DNA of 63,641 nucleotides, the filler included, from Chiloscyllium plagiosum (taxonomy: Eukaryota), in the NCBI RefSeq assembly GCF_004010195.1. It is 5 parts of one record of this genome, joined end to end, with 100 filler letters (N's around TTAATTAATTAA, not from the genome) between each part and the next. Parts side by side here need not be neighbours in the genome. Positions count along the whole stretch, not along the records: positions 1 to 15,593 come from NC_057715.1; 4 more parts are not named here. One strand, given 5' to 3'. How positions within the stretch are numbered: the first letter of the stretch is position 1; each line of letters starts with the position of its first letter. Of the stretch, positions 1 through 12,127 are shown one piece after another. A model generated the notes under the pieces. That model saw only the letters and a list, made by a program, of their open reading frames with translations. It was not told where the DNA came from and ran no database searches. The position numbers and the translations under genes were made by a program.

Positions 1-510
1 TCATGCCTCACAAACCTTAGAGTTTTTTTGAGGATGTGACTAGAAAAGTTGATGCGGGTTGAGCTGTGGATGTGGTGTCTATGGACTTCAGCAAGGCATT
101 TGATAAGGCTCATTCAGAAGGTCAGGAGGAATGGGATACAGGGGAACTTAGCTGTCTGGATACAGAATTGGCTGGCCAACAGAAGACAGCGAGTGGTAGT
201 AGAAGGAAAATATTCTGCCTGGAAGTCAGTGGTGAGTGGTGTTCCACAGAGCTCTGTCCTTGGGCCTCTACTGTTTGTAATTTTTATTAATTTGACTTGG
301 ATGAGGAGATTGAAGGATGGGTCAGCAAGTTTGCAGACGACACAAAGGTTGGAGGTGTCTTTGACAGTATAGAGGGCTGTTGTAGGCTGCAGCGGGACAT
401 TGCATATGGTCACAGAAATTTGAGGGTGCATACATGACGATCAATGGTCGGCACAACATAGTGGGCTGAAGGGCCTGTTGTGAGCTGTATTATTCTATGA
501 TCTATGTTCT
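1..510 (+). mobile_element. CR1-type LINE fragment (RT plus 3' tail)
   Basis: Frameshifted RT motifs MDFSKAFD, SGVPQSSVLGPLLFVIFIN and KFADDT; tail ending (tctatg)n. Confidence 0.9.
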
Positions 511-849
511 ATTTATAGAGTTTTTAAAAAAAAAATCTTGTTTAGAGATGTTACCACACACCTCTGTAGGAGGTGGAACTGCTAACTCCAAGGTAGGGAC
601 ACTGAGCCACAGAAGACCTCAGATACATTTATGTACAAAACGAGGGCATGATTGAATTGAAACCCATCAGTTTGTGATTTTCACTTTTCATTGATAGGGG
701 ATTAATGTTATTCAAGTGATCAACAATGACCAATATGTGTTTTTAAATATTTGTTCATTGGAGATGAGATCAACCCTCATCGTGTTCAGTGTTGCAGCAG
801 ACTCAAGGGGCTGAAGGGTCTGCTGCTGATCCTAGTCCTTATCTTCATG

Positions 850-1172
850 GAATCCCTACAGTGTGGAAGCAGGCCATTCAATCCACACTGACCCTCCAAA
901 GAGCAACCCACCCAGACCTACCCTATAACCCAGCATTTCCCATGGCTAACCCACCTAACCTGCACATCCCTGGACACTATGGACAATTACTCATGGCTAA
1001 TACACCCTGACCTGCACATCTTTGGACTGTGGGTGGGAACTGGAGCACCCGGACACCCATGCAGTCACGGCGAGAATGTGCAAACTCCACCCAGACAGTC
1101 GCCCAAGGCTGGAATCAAACCCGTGTCCCTGATGCTGAGAGGCAGCAGTGCTAACCACCGAGCCACAATGCC
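850..1172 (-). mobile_element. HE1/V-SINE copy
   Basis: tRNA-like head with A/B boxes, V-SINE core and CR1-like tail. Confidence 0.85.
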
Positions 1173-1464
1173 ATCCATCTTTTGCGGGCATCTCTGGCTG
1201 GGACCTCATCCCTAATTGCCCCAGGTAAATCTCTGCAGTCCTTGTAGCGTAGGGACACAGAAGACAGTCATTATTCGGATTGTGATTTTAAAGTGTAGTT
1301 CAACAGAACTGAGTTGAGAATTTTATAATTCTGTACCTTTACCAGCATCATCAGTATCCTATTCAAGTCTGACCCCTTGTACAAATTACCACATTACAGG
1401 GGCTCAGAAAGCCCTGCAATGAACCACAATTTCAAAAACATGAAGAGAGTCTGCTCAGACACAC

Positions 1465-1536
1465 CTTCAGTTCACAGTCCTTCAGACTCCATAGGCGGGC
1501 AGTGTTGTCATATGATCCTGCTAAGAGGTGTAGACC
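1465..1536 (-). CDS. ATG16L2: ATG16L WD40 exon (exon 12 equivalent), GLHLLAGSYDNTARLWSLKDCELK
   Basis: 72 nt; ttctcctcttcctgatag acceptor and gtgtgt donor; phase 0 to 0; WD40 strand pattern; absent from the ORF track. Confidence 0.9.
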
Positions 1537-1559
1537 CTATCAGGAAGAGGAGAAGATGG

Positions 1560-1869
1560 TATTAGATTAGATTAGATTACATTACAGTGTGGAAACAGGC
1601 CCTTCGGCCCAACAAGTCCACACCGACTCACCGAAGCGCAACCCACCCATACCCCTACATTTGCGCCTTACCTAACACTACGGGCAATTTAGCATGGCCA
1701 ATTCACCTGACCCTGCACATCTTTGGACTGTGGGAGGAAACCGGAGCACCCGGAGGAAACCCACACAGACACGGGGAGAACGTGCAAACTCCACACAGAC
1801 AGTCGCCTGAGGCGGGAATTGAACCCGGGTCTCTGGCGCTGTGAGGCCCACCGTGCCGCCCACCGTGCT
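1560..1869 (-). mobile_element. Young HE1/V-SINE next to the exon 12 acceptor
   Basis: Full copy with (TAATC)n tail; 6-bp TSD GTATTA at 1559-1564 and 1870-1875. Confidence 0.9.
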
Positions 1870-2224
1870 GTATTAATCAGCCATTTGGATTAAAATCTTA
1901 TCTCTAGTATGTTATAAATACTGTGGATACGAGAGCAGATCAGATGCTACGTAGAATGATAGCAAATAGGAGTGGGAGTAGGCCATTCAGCCCATTGTAC
2001 CTACTCTACCATTCAAGAGGGTCATGTCTGATGACCCAACTATGCACCACGTTCCCACTTTCTCCCTGTGCCCTTTAATCCATTTAGCCCCAAATGCAAT
2101 ATCTAACTCCTGGAAAATAGGGTGTGGGTTTGGGTGGGAAGCTTTTCGGGGAGGGGGGGGTCAGTTTGGACTCGGTGGGCTGAATGGCCTGCTTCCAAAC
2201 TATAGGGATTCTATGAAGTTAAGA

Positions 2225-2890
2225 ATTAGGATCAGCAGCAGACCATTCATCCTCTAGAGTCTGCTGCACCACTCAACCTCTCTCTGTGGCAGAGAATTCC
2301 CCAGATTCCCCACTCTCTGGGTGAAGACATTTCTCCCCATCTCAGTCTGAAATGGCCTACCCCCTATCCTGAGACTGTGACCCCTGGTTCCGGACTCCCT
2401 GGTCATTGGGAACATCCTTCCTGCAGTTACCGCGTCTGGTCCGGTGAGTATTTTACAGGTTTCTATGAGATCCCCCTCACTTTTCTAAACTCCAGTGAAT
2501 ATAATCCTAACCAATTCAACCTCTCCTCATGTATCAGTCCTGCCATCCCAAGCATTAGTCTGATAAACCTTTGCTGCACTCCCTCAGTAGCCAGAACAGG
2601 CGATAAGGAGACCAAAACTGCTCAAAATGTTCCAGGTGTCGTCTCACCAAGAGCCTGTATAATTGCTGCAAGATATCCCTGCTCCTGTACATGAATCCTC
2701 TCGAATGAAGGTCAACATACCATTTACCTTCACCTCCTGCGGCACCTGCAATGCTTACTGTCAGTAACTGCTCTACAAGGACACCCAGATCTCAGTGCAC
2801 ACCCCAATTCATCTCATTCAGATAAAAATCTGATTTTCATGTGTTTGCTATCAAAGTGGGTAACAACATATTTATCCCCGTTGTACTTCA
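2225..2890 (-). mobile_element. Degraded CR1-type LINE 3' fragment
   Basis: Antisense CR1 C-terminal ORF2 and 3' UTR motifs. Confidence 0.75.
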
Positions 2891-3224
2891 TCTTAACTTA
2901 GAAAATAAATTATAAAGAAAATTGATGGGGAGGCATTGATGAGATCATAGGAAGAGGCAGGAGGAAGTGGGGACAGATTTGTTAGCTCTTTCAAACAGGA
3001 CAAGATGGGCTGAATAGCCTACTTCTCTGCTGTGTATGTATGAGAAGGGATTAGTTTGGGCAGTGACGAGCAGGGTCGGGGGTCGTGGGGGTTGGAATGC
3101 CACAGAGAGATTCCCTCACCCCGACCCTCCTGACAAAACACCAATCCTTCCAAGGTTTTACACCCACTCGTGGCATTATGTACCCTCGGTCCAGTCCCCA
3201 GATTCGAGGGCTCCCTTCACTCAC

Positions 3225-3295
3225 CGAGGGATCAAACTCAATGCTGGTCACTCCATCGTTGCTCCCCTCCAGAATTTTCACCAGCTGGAGCATTC
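3225..3295 (-). CDS. ATG16L2: ATG16L WD40 exon (exon 11 equivalent), MLQLVKILEGSNDGVTSIEFDPS
   Basis: 71 nt; tccaacag acceptor and gtgagt donor; phase 1 to 0; matches ATG16L LEG...TS.EFDPS. Confidence 0.93.
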
Positions 3296-3514
3296 CTGTT
3301 GGACAGAAGTGGGCAGACACAGTTAGCTAAAATCAAAACCTTCCCCGCCCCTCCCCCAACGCTGCTACTAGAATCAACAGAGCCACTGTCCACTCCAACA
3401 ACAATAAAACAACTGGCTGTTACATACGGAGTGAAATCAAGCATTGCTGTGGGAGAAAGGAGCCTTTTGACTTCTACCTATCAGGACAACTCACAAAAAA
3501 TATGAAAGTAAATG

Positions 3515-3995
3515 ACCATAAGACATAGGAGCAGCAGTAGGTCATTCAGCCCATCAAGTCTGCTCACCATCCAATAAGATCATGTCTGATCGGATAATAC
3601 TCAACTTTCCTGACTTTTCCCCATAACCCATGATTCCCTGACTGATTAAAAATCTCTCTATCTCAGCCTTGAATATACTTAATGACTCAGCCTTCTGTGG
3701 TAAAGAATTCCACAGATTCACTCCCCTCAGAGAGAAGAAATTCCTCCTCATCTTGGTCATAAAAGTGGGACCCCTTATTGTGAGATGATGCCCTCTGGTC
3801 CTAGACTCTCCCACAGGGGAAAACAACCTTCTCACATCTACCCTGTCAAGTCCCCTATGTTTCAGTAAGGTCACCCCTCATTCTTCTAAACTCTAATGAG
3901 TACAGGCACAATCCACTCAACCTCGCCTCATAATAGTCCCTCCGTACCCAGTATCAGCCGAGTGGATTACCTTCAATGTCAGTCTATCCTTCCTT
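3515..3995 (-). mobile_element. CR1-type LINE 3' fragment
   Basis: ORF 3554..3874 with ESRTRGH, RNFFS and NLWNSLPQ. Confidence 0.85.
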
Positions 3996-5409
3996 ATGAG
4001 CTAAAATGAAAAGTAAAAAGAGACAACAACATTTATACTGTCTGAGAGTAGAGTGGTGATTGGTTTGCAAATGGACTAAGATAGACATTGCTGTGGAGAA
4101 TGTACCAGTTTGATGATGATTGACAGTTAACTGCCAGATTTTACTTAAATGTTGAGCCACTTGGGTTGACTCTCATTGCACGAAGTATTTCCTGGAGGTC
4201 TGAACCGGAGAACAGCTGTCAACAGTTTGTTGAGTTAAAGAACATGTACGCACACACTGCACTCGTTTCAACAAAACGTGATGCTGAATCGAGTGGAGAG
4301 ANNNNNNNNNNNNNNNNNNNNNNNNNNNNNNNNNNNNNNNNNNNNNNNNNNNNNNNNNNNNNNNNNNNNNNNNNNNNNNNNNNNNNNNNNNNNNNNNNNN
4401 NNNNNNNNNNNNNNNNNNNNNNNNNNNNNNNNNNNNNNNNNNNNNNNNNNNNNNNNNNNNNNNNNNNNNNNNNNNNNNNNNNNNNNNNNNNNNNNNNNNN
4501 NNNNNNNNNNNNNNNNNNNNNNNNNNNNNNNNNNNNNNNNNNNNNNNNNNNNNNNNNNNNNNNNNNNNNNNNNNNNNNNNNNNNNNNNNNNNNNNNNNNN
4601 NNNNNNNNNNNNNNNNNNNNNNNNNNNNNNNNNNNNNNNNNNNNNNNNNNNNNNNNNNNNNNNNNNNNNNNNNNNNNNNNNNNNNNNNNNNNNNNNNNNN
4701 NNNNNNNNNNNNNNNNNNNNNNNNNNNNNNNNNNNNNNNNNNNNNNNNNNNNNNNNNNNNNNNNNNNNNNNNNNNNNNNNNNNNNNNNNNNNNNNNNNNN
4801 NGTGCTTTTCCAGCACCACTCTAATCTAGACTCATACATAGATGCAGACACACCCACATTGGTACACACTCATACAGACACACACACAATCACATACACT
4901 CGAGAGTGCGTAATTATAAAGGTAGATTTAAAGTGTCATGCACAAGAAGCAAGGATGATGTGAGAATTTATTTTCACACAGTCAGCAGATAGAGTCTGAA
5001 ACACATTGCCTGGAAATGGGGCAGAGGTGCGTTCAATTGAGACATTCAAGAGGGGCATTCGATGTTAAGAAACGCCGTGCAGGGATATGGGGAAAGGCAG
5101 GAGTTAGGCAGAAGATGATTGAAGAGATGCAGACACAGTGGGCCAAATGGCCTCCGCCTGTAGTGTGATAACTCTGTGATGCTGGGCTTAGGAGTTCAGG
5201 AACTCTCTGTTGCATTTGTTTTTCCCTGGGGTGTAGACTTGAAACAATTGAGGCGTGTAATTATTTTGTCCAAAGAGAGAAGAGCCCTTGCAGTTTGAGT
5301 TATGCAGATTTCTCTTATTCCTGTTCAGTCAAAATGCAAGAGCGAAACCTTGTAGGGAAGCCCTGCTACAGTTCCTTGGATATAGAGCTTAAAGCTGACC
5401 TGAGTGACT

Positions 5410-5925
5410 GGTTCATGGAATATGGGGATCCCTGGTTGGGCCCAGCATTTACTGTCCTTCCCTAGTTGCCCTTTGAGAAGGTGGGGGTGAGCTGCCTTCT
5501 TGAACCGTTACAATCCATGTGCTGTGGGTCGACCCACAATGCCTTTAGGGAGGGAATTCCAGGATTTTGATCCTGAGACACCGAAGGAACGGTGATATAT
5601 TTCCAAGTCAGGATGGTGAGTGGCTTGGAGGGGAACTTGCATGGGGTGGTGTTCCCACATATCTGCTGCCCTTGTCCTTCTAGATATAGCTGTGGTGGGT
5701 TTGGAAGGTGGTGTCTGAGGATCTTTGGTGAATTTCTGCAATGCATCTTGTAGATAATACACATTGCTGATACTGAGCGTTGGTGGTTGAGGGAGTGGAT
5801 TTTTGTGGATGTGGAGCCAATCAAGTGGGGGCTGCTTTAATCCTGGATGGTGTAGAGCTTCCTGAGTACTGCTGGAGCTGCCCCCATCCAGGGCAAGAGG
5901 GGAGTATTCCATCACACTCCTGACT
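5410..5925 (-). mobile_element. L2/CR1-clade LINE 3' fragment (related copies near 6520-6800, 8580-8815, 38466-38740, 45300-45870)
   Basis: ORF 5508..5915 with MEYSPLA, RTRAADMWEHH and GSKSWNSLP; shared 3' tail. Confidence 0.75.
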
Positions 5926-5937
5926 GGTGCCTTTTAG

Positions 5938-6514
5938 TCAGCACCACCTTCCTAACCTGCAATCTTCTTCCCGACCTCTCCACCCCCACCCCACTCCAGC
6001 CTATCACCCGCACCTTTACCTCCTTCCACCTATCACATTTCCAACGCCCCTCCCCCAAGTCCCTCCTCCCTATGTGGGCGGCACGGTGGCACAGTGGTTA
6101 GCACTGTTGCCTCGCAGCGCCAGAGACCTGGGTTCAATTCCCGCCTCAGGCGACTGACTGTGTGGAGTTTGTACATTCTCCCAGTGTCTGCGTGGGTTTC
6201 CTCCGGGTGCTCCGGTTTCCTCCCACAGTCCAAAGATGTGCAGGGTCAGGTGAATTGGCCATGCTAAATTGCCCGTAGTGTTAGGTAAGGGGTAAATGTA
6301 GGGGTATGGGTGGGTTCGCTTCGGCGGGTCGGTGTGGACTTGTTGGGCCGAAGGGCCTGTTTCCACACTGTAATGTAATCTAATCTACCTTTTATCTTAG
6401 CCTGCTGGGCACACTTTCCTCATTCCTGAAGAAGGGCTCATGCCCGAAACGTCGATTCTCCTGCTCCTTGGATGCTGCCTGACCTGCTGCGCTTTTCCAG
6501 CAACACATTTTCAC
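5938..6514 (+). mobile_element. PLE family A terminus interrupted by an HE1 SINE (6074-6387, + strand)
   Basis: Pyrimidine-rich PLE 3' region resumes after the SINE and ends in a hammerhead motif followed by GATGCTGCCTGACCTGCTG. Confidence 0.8.
6422..6457 (+). ncRNA. Minimal type I hammerhead ribozyme motif (family A)
   Basis: CTGAAGA-A-GGGC-TCAT-GCCC-GAAACGTC. Confidence 0.65.
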
Positions 6515-6829
6515 CTTTTAGATGGTGGACAGGCTTTGGGGAGTCAGGAGGTGAGTTACTCACCATAATATTCCAAGCCTCAGACCTGCTGCTGTAGCCA
6601 CTGTGTTTATGTGGCTGATCCAGCTGAACCAGGTGACTGATCAGTGTTAAACCTCCAGGATGTTGACAGTAAAGCGTCCACTGATGGTAATGCGATTGAA
6701 TGTCAAGGGGCAATGGTTGGATTCTCTTGTTGGAGATGGTCATTGGAGATGGCGCAACTGCCCTTGCCACTTGTCAGCCCAGGCCTGGATATTGCCTGGG
6801 TCTCTGTGTAATGGTGACTAAAAATAAAT

Positions 6830-7020
6830 AACCGCAGATGCTGCAAATCAGAACCTAAAACAGACAGTGCCGGGATAACTCAACATATCTGGCAGAGCCA
6901 GAAACAGTTTCAAGTTCATGGAGCTTTGTCAAGGGTCACTGATCTTGAAATATTAACTGTATTTCTCTCTCCACAAATGCTGCCTGACCTGCTGAGTTTC
7001 TGCAGCACTGTCTGCTTTTG
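6830..7020. mobile_element. Old PLE inverted-terminus remnant (related copies near 36788-36880 and 52620-52720)
   Basis: Inverted GCAGATGCTG...tail and decayed GGGTCA-CTGA-TCTTGAAATATTAAC hammerhead-like region. Confidence 0.55.
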
Positions 7021-7469
7021 TCCTGTCCAGCAGTGATCCTTAGCCGGGGTCCTACCCCTTCACTGGTCAAAAGATTTCTGACCCTTCCTGATCAGAAGGT
7101 ATCTCATTGAGAAAAACTCATAAAACATTCCGTTTCTATCATGGGAACACACCAACCCTTTCCACTGTGCTCAGGGGTAATTACTGATGGTCAGGCCATT
7201 TGCAGACAACAGTCTGGGTATCACTCATTCACACAATATCTTCACAAAGTAAAGCCACTCTCTGGATTTCATGTTTGGAGACAAAAAGTCTGCAGCAGTG
7301 TTGTGCAATCATTTTTTAAAATTAACCGCAGCCAGAACAGGTCATGTAGTTTAATTACTTTGTTAAGACTTATCCAGACAGGGAATTAGCTCCGAGATCT
7401 CTGTTGTACGCTTTTACAGAAAATGGCACTTAACCCCTTGACTCCACTATTTCACAGAAGGTGCCTTTG

Positions 7470-7720
7470 TTTTTATTCATTCACAGGATGTGGGGGTCAC
7501 TGGCTGGGCCAGCATTTATTACCCATCTCCAATTACCCAGAGTGCGGTCAAGAATCACCCATATGACTGTGGGTCTGGAGTCACATGTAGGCCAGACCAG
7601 GTCAGGATGGCAGTTTCCTTCCCGATAGGACATTGTGAATCAGATGGGTTTTTCCAACAATTGACAATAGTTTTCATTATCATGTTTGAACCCTTAACTT
7701 CAAATTTTATTCAATTCGTA
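7470..7720 (-). mobile_element. Deu-type (SacSINE1-like) SINE (other copies near 13840-13975, 20620-20930, 28410-28530, 30375-30625, 39720-39900, 56765-57075)
   Basis: Shared core AGGGAAGGAAATCTGCC...CCTGGTCTGGCCTACATGTGACTCCAGACCCACAGC and L2-like tail. Confidence 0.7.
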
Positions 7721-7721
7721 G

Positions 7722-8365
7722 AGTCATAAGAGATGTACAGTACGAAAACAGACCCTTCAGTGCAACTCATCCAGGCCGACCAGATATCCTAAACTAATCT
7801 AGTCCCATTTGCCAGCACCCGGCCCATATCCCTCCAAACCCTTCCTATTCATATACCCATCCAGATGCCTTTTAAATGTTGCAATTGTACCAGCCTCCAC
7901 CACATCCTCTGGCAGCTCATTCCATACACGTACCACCCTCTGCGTGAAAGGTCCCATTTAAATCTTTCCCCTCTCACCCTAAACCTATGCCCTCTAAGTT
8001 TGGACTCCCCCACCCTGGGGAAAAGACCTTGACTATTTTTTCTATCCATACCTCTCATGATTTTATAAATCTCTATAAAGTCTCCCCTCAGCTTCCAAAG
8101 CTCCAGGGAAAACAGCCCCAGCCTACTCTGCCTCTCCCTATAGCTCAAACCATCCAACCCTGGCAACATCTTTGTAAATCTTTTTAGAACCCTTTCAAGT
8201 TTCACAGCATCCTTCCTGTACCAGGGAGAACAGAATTCTATGCAATATTCCAATAGTGGCCTAATCAATGCTCTGTGCAGCCCCAATATGACCTTCTAAC
8301 TCCCATACTGAATGTACGGACCAATAAAGGTAAGCATACCAAATGCCTTCTTCACTATCCTATTC
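7722..8365 (-). mobile_element. CR1/HER1-type LINE 3' fragment
   Basis: ORF 7849..8286 with RPLLEYC, LERVLKRFTKMLPGL and LGLFSLE. Confidence 0.9.
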
Positions 8366-9798
8366 ATGTTCCACCATCTGCTCTGGCTGGAATGTTACGA
8401 AGTGTCCAGAACATTTCCTTGCTCTCTGGATTAATAGTCTGGCGATAATACCACTGTTTTGGGATTATTGGGCCTATTTTGGGTTTATACTTCAAAAGTT
8501 CATATTTGTGGCTGATAAGTTCATACTGCAGAAGGAAAACAAGAGCTCATTGGTACTGGATTAGGAAAAACCTCAGCTTCCTGCTTGAGTGTTGTTGGAG
8601 CTGCCCCCATCCAGGCAAGTGGGGAGTATTCCATTACACTCCTGACCTGTGCCATGGACAGGTGTTGAGGAGGCAGGAGGTGAGTTACTTGCTGCGGCCT
8701 CTGACCTACTGTTGTAGCCACTGTGTTTATGTGGTGAGTCCAGTTGAGTTTATGGTCAGTGGCAACCCCCAGGATGTTGATGGTAATGCCACTGAATATC
8801 AAGGGGTTGTTACAACTCTTGCTTAGCTACTGTTTTCTGTGCTGCTTAACGACAAGCCCCAGATAACCCATGAAAGCATGTCGATCTGTTACTGTGCTGT
8901 CAGTGCTTTGGCCTGAGGTTCAACGTTGAGTCCAAAGTGACAGTTTAGAAAACTCACAAATCTGTGAACCCCCATTTGGAAGAATTAGCCCATACTGGTG
9001 GCATTATGTTTATGAGGATGGAGTGGGGGAGGACAGGGCTTGGGGGGTTGGTGCTGTGGATGTTAATTAGGGTCAGGAATTTGTCCTCCGGAGTGAGTTC
9101 AGAGGCAGCCACAGGGTTATCTCAGTGCGGATGGGCTTGGGAAAGGCCAGCCTCGTTGATCCGGGACCTTTACCCACCTGTTTAAAACAAAACAGAGAGC
9201 AGCCCCTCCAACACCTCACACTCCCCCTCACCTTCCTTATGTCCCACACTTGACCCCTCACACCCAGCATCCAGCCCCACCTTGCTCACAGATCCTCTGT
9301 GCTAACCTGTGTCCCTCTACACACTCGGGTATCCATTAACAATGACTGCATTAAGTCAACTCACCCCATGCTCCCACATCACAAACATTGCACTTCTGTC
9401 TTCCATTCCATCTCCCCTACTAGCCACCATGGCCAGATTTAATGTCTGCTACATAAAAAAGTCTCACTGATAAAACCCATTCACTGCATTTACCTCCCTT
9501 CAGTTATTTAATCCCTTCTTTAAAAAAAAAAGTGTTTATACACCCACTTTAAAAGATTTTATCAGCACTTGCAGCTGTCGATCAAACTGAGGACAGACAG
9601 GCACACCACTGTGATAATGTTAGGTTGTAAAATCAGCACAATCATGGCATGCAGCACAAATCCTAAAAGATAAAGCTTGGCCTTTCCTCGACAGACAATG
9701 AGAAAGCAAGTGCCTTTGGTCCTTTTAAAAGGTAAGCTCCAGTTTCCTTTACAAAATTTCAAGGCAAGGAGATTTAAATCCATGACAAAAGCTCAGAT

Positions 9799-10150
9799 GG
9801 CACGGTGGCTCAGTGGTTAGCACTGCTGCCTCACAGCGCCAGAGACCCGGGTTCGATTCCAGCCTCGGGGCGACTGACTGTGTGGAGTTTGCACATTCTC
9901 CCCGTGTCTGCGTGGGTTTCCTCCGGGTGCTCTGGTTTCCTCCCACAGTCCAGAAACAAATGTGCAGGTTAGGTGAATTGGCCATGCTAAATTGCCCGTA
10001 GTGTTAGGCGAAGGGGTAAATGTAGGGGAATGGGTCTGGGTGGGCTGCACTTCAGCGGGTCGGTGTGGACTTGTTGGGCCAAAGGGCCTGTTTCCACACT
10101 GTGAGTAATCTAATCTAATGTCTGAAACTAAGTAAGTAATCTAATCTAAA
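9799..10150 (+). mobile_element. HE1/V-SINE copy
   Basis: A box GGTGGCTCAGTGG, B box GGTTCGATTCC, V core and (TAATC)n tail. Confidence 0.9.
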
Positions 10151-10409
10151 CTTGCCAGCTCCAATGGCTTTATCCACTTTTTACGTATACTTGGATCTAA
10201 AGTTTAGCAATTCCAAAGAGCGTTTGACCTCTAATCGAAAGGTACACCAAAGATGTCGCTGGACATATCCCTCAGATACCAGATCTCTTCAAAGGGGATT
10301 GAAAGAGCTCTGGCATTTTAGACAATTCTCCTGAAAGGTCTGAAGACTATAAGCCATGTTTTGGACATGCCACTAACAAAACATGGATGTGCTTGAACCC
10401 CCCCCCCCC

Positions 10410-10905
10410 CCCCCAACTCCACCAAGGACAAGCAGGTCCTGGGCCTCCTCCATCGCCATTCCCTAACCATCTGATGCCTGGAGAAAGAATGCCTCATCTT
10501 CTGTCTCAGGACCCTCCAACCCCACGGCATCAATGTGGATTTCACCTGTTTCTTCATTTCCCCTCCCCCCCCACCTTATCTTGGATCTAACCCTCCAACT
10601 CTGCACCACCCTCATGAACTGTCCAACCTGTCCATCTTCCTTCCCACCTATCTACTCCACCCTCTCTTTGACCTATCACTTTCACCCCACCTCCATCCAC
10701 CTATTGCACTCTCAGCTACCTTCCCCCCCCCAACCCCCCTCCCATTTATCTCTCCATCCCCAAGTCTCCCAGCCTCATTCCTGATGAAGGGCTTTTGCCC
10801 GAAACGTCGACTCTCCTGCTCCTCAGATGCTGCCTGACCTGCTGTGCTTTTCCAGCACCACACTGTCTACTTTAATCTCCAGCGTCTGCAGTCCTCACTT
10901 TCACC
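10410..10905 (+). mobile_element. Neptune-type PLE 3' end (family A): decayed GIY-YIG C-terminus plus terminal repeat
   Basis: Homologous to 39032-39226 (LEEERLIFRLG.LQP.GIN); hammerhead motif and complete tail ending GTCCTCACTTTCACC. Confidence 0.8.
10777..10812 (+). ncRNA. Minimal type I hammerhead ribozyme motif (family A), intact core
   Basis: CTGATGA(10781-10787)-A-GGGC-TTTT-GCCC-GAAACGTC(10801-10808). Confidence 0.7.
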
Positions 10906-11139
10906 TGTGCTTGTAGATAGTTGTGCTGTGACATGCACACCTTCCTCTGTGAAACCACAAGTGCAGAAAGTTCAACCTGCTTCCCCAAAACCCTTCACCC
11001 TTCCCCCAACAAAAAAAAACAGTGGGTGCTGGGTTGGGCGTGGCACCTCCAGCATTATTTTGGAAAGGCCCTCTCCACCACTCCAAACATTCTGTTTTTA
11101 GTAAAGATGACAAATATATTTTCATACTCTGACTGCATA

Positions 11140-11681
11140 TGAGGATCTGAAATCTGAATACAGGCAGAAGTCACTAGCTGTTGTCAGGAACAACCATTTA
11201 ATACATGCTCTTACTAACATAGGTGGCAATAAAATGGCTTCTTAATGCAAATAAAATGACAAAATGGCTTCTATGTTGCAAATTAACAATTCTGCTCAAA
11301 GCTGCATGAAATGGCCTTTAACCCTGCTAAAAGGTCCAGAGACTATGTTCATGAGATAGGAATACTTGGATGTTGGAAAACAAGGTTTGTTCCCAGGAAA
11401 TATCATTGGGCAAAGTTGCTTGTCAATAAAGCCATTCCATTAAAATTGATTGGTAATTGTCTGAATGTACTCTGTGATTTTGGCCTCAAAAAAGTATAAA
11501 AATGTCTTTGTCTTAAGCCAAGTGTGCAGTTTCTCAGAGAAACATGGAAGTGTTTAACCTCCGTTACTGGACGTGATTGAATAAAGTGTGAAATTTTACA
11601 GAAGCAGCCCGAATTGCTAGTGTTTATTAACAGATCGCGGAACAGAGAGACATCCCCCCCGTCACCGGGTCCAGATCTTCA
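11140..11681 (+). mobile_element. ERV-like 5' LTR
   Basis: TG...CA termini with 9/10 inverted repeat (TGAGGATCTG / CAGATCTTCA); TATAAA at 11495-11500; AATAAA at 11580-11585; followed by a primer-binding site. Confidence 0.75.
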
Positions 11682-11683
11682 TC

Positions 11684-11701
11684 TGGTGCTGAGAGTCGGA
11701 T
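11684..11701 (+). promoter_or_regulatory. Primer-binding site, tRNA-His type
   Basis: TGGTGCTGAGAGTCGGAT matches the tRNA-His PBS TGGTGCCGTGACTCGGAT at 15/18; starts 2 nt after the LTR's terminal CA. Confidence 0.7.
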
Positions 11702-12127
11702 TTGGCACGGACGGACTGGGGGCAGTGGTTTAAGAGCCTTGAGTCCACTATTGAGTTTAGAGGGATCAGCCGGCCAGATGGAAATATTTTATATCCGTTT
11801 GGGTTTCCTCTCATTCAAGCCGTGGTTGATTCAACCCCTCGCTGCTTCTCATCTCAGTCCAGCCCGAGAAGGATCGGTCCTGGTAAGAACTTACTCTAAA
11901 AAGAGAGGGGTTGGGGACATCAGGGAGTCAGAGACTCCCACTAACAGTTCAGGGACCTGTGAATAGAGTCAGGGACTCTGATTCAGTAGGATTGGAGCTG
12001 TCTGAAGTGATCCTAAACTGTTGTGTGAAAGGCAAAACAAAGAAAATATATTAAAATGAAACTGTCAGAGTTTTAGAATGTCGATAATGTTTTGCAGAAA
12101 TCATTAGTCTTGTTGTTCGTTATCGGG

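Noticed and set aside
4166..4963. ORFs of 183-265 aa (also around 18098-18602)
   Set aside because: Open only because they run through N gaps.
9799..9870. tRNA genes at the A/B-box segments
   Set aside because: These are SINE heads continuous with the V-SINE core; no complete cloverleaf was seen.
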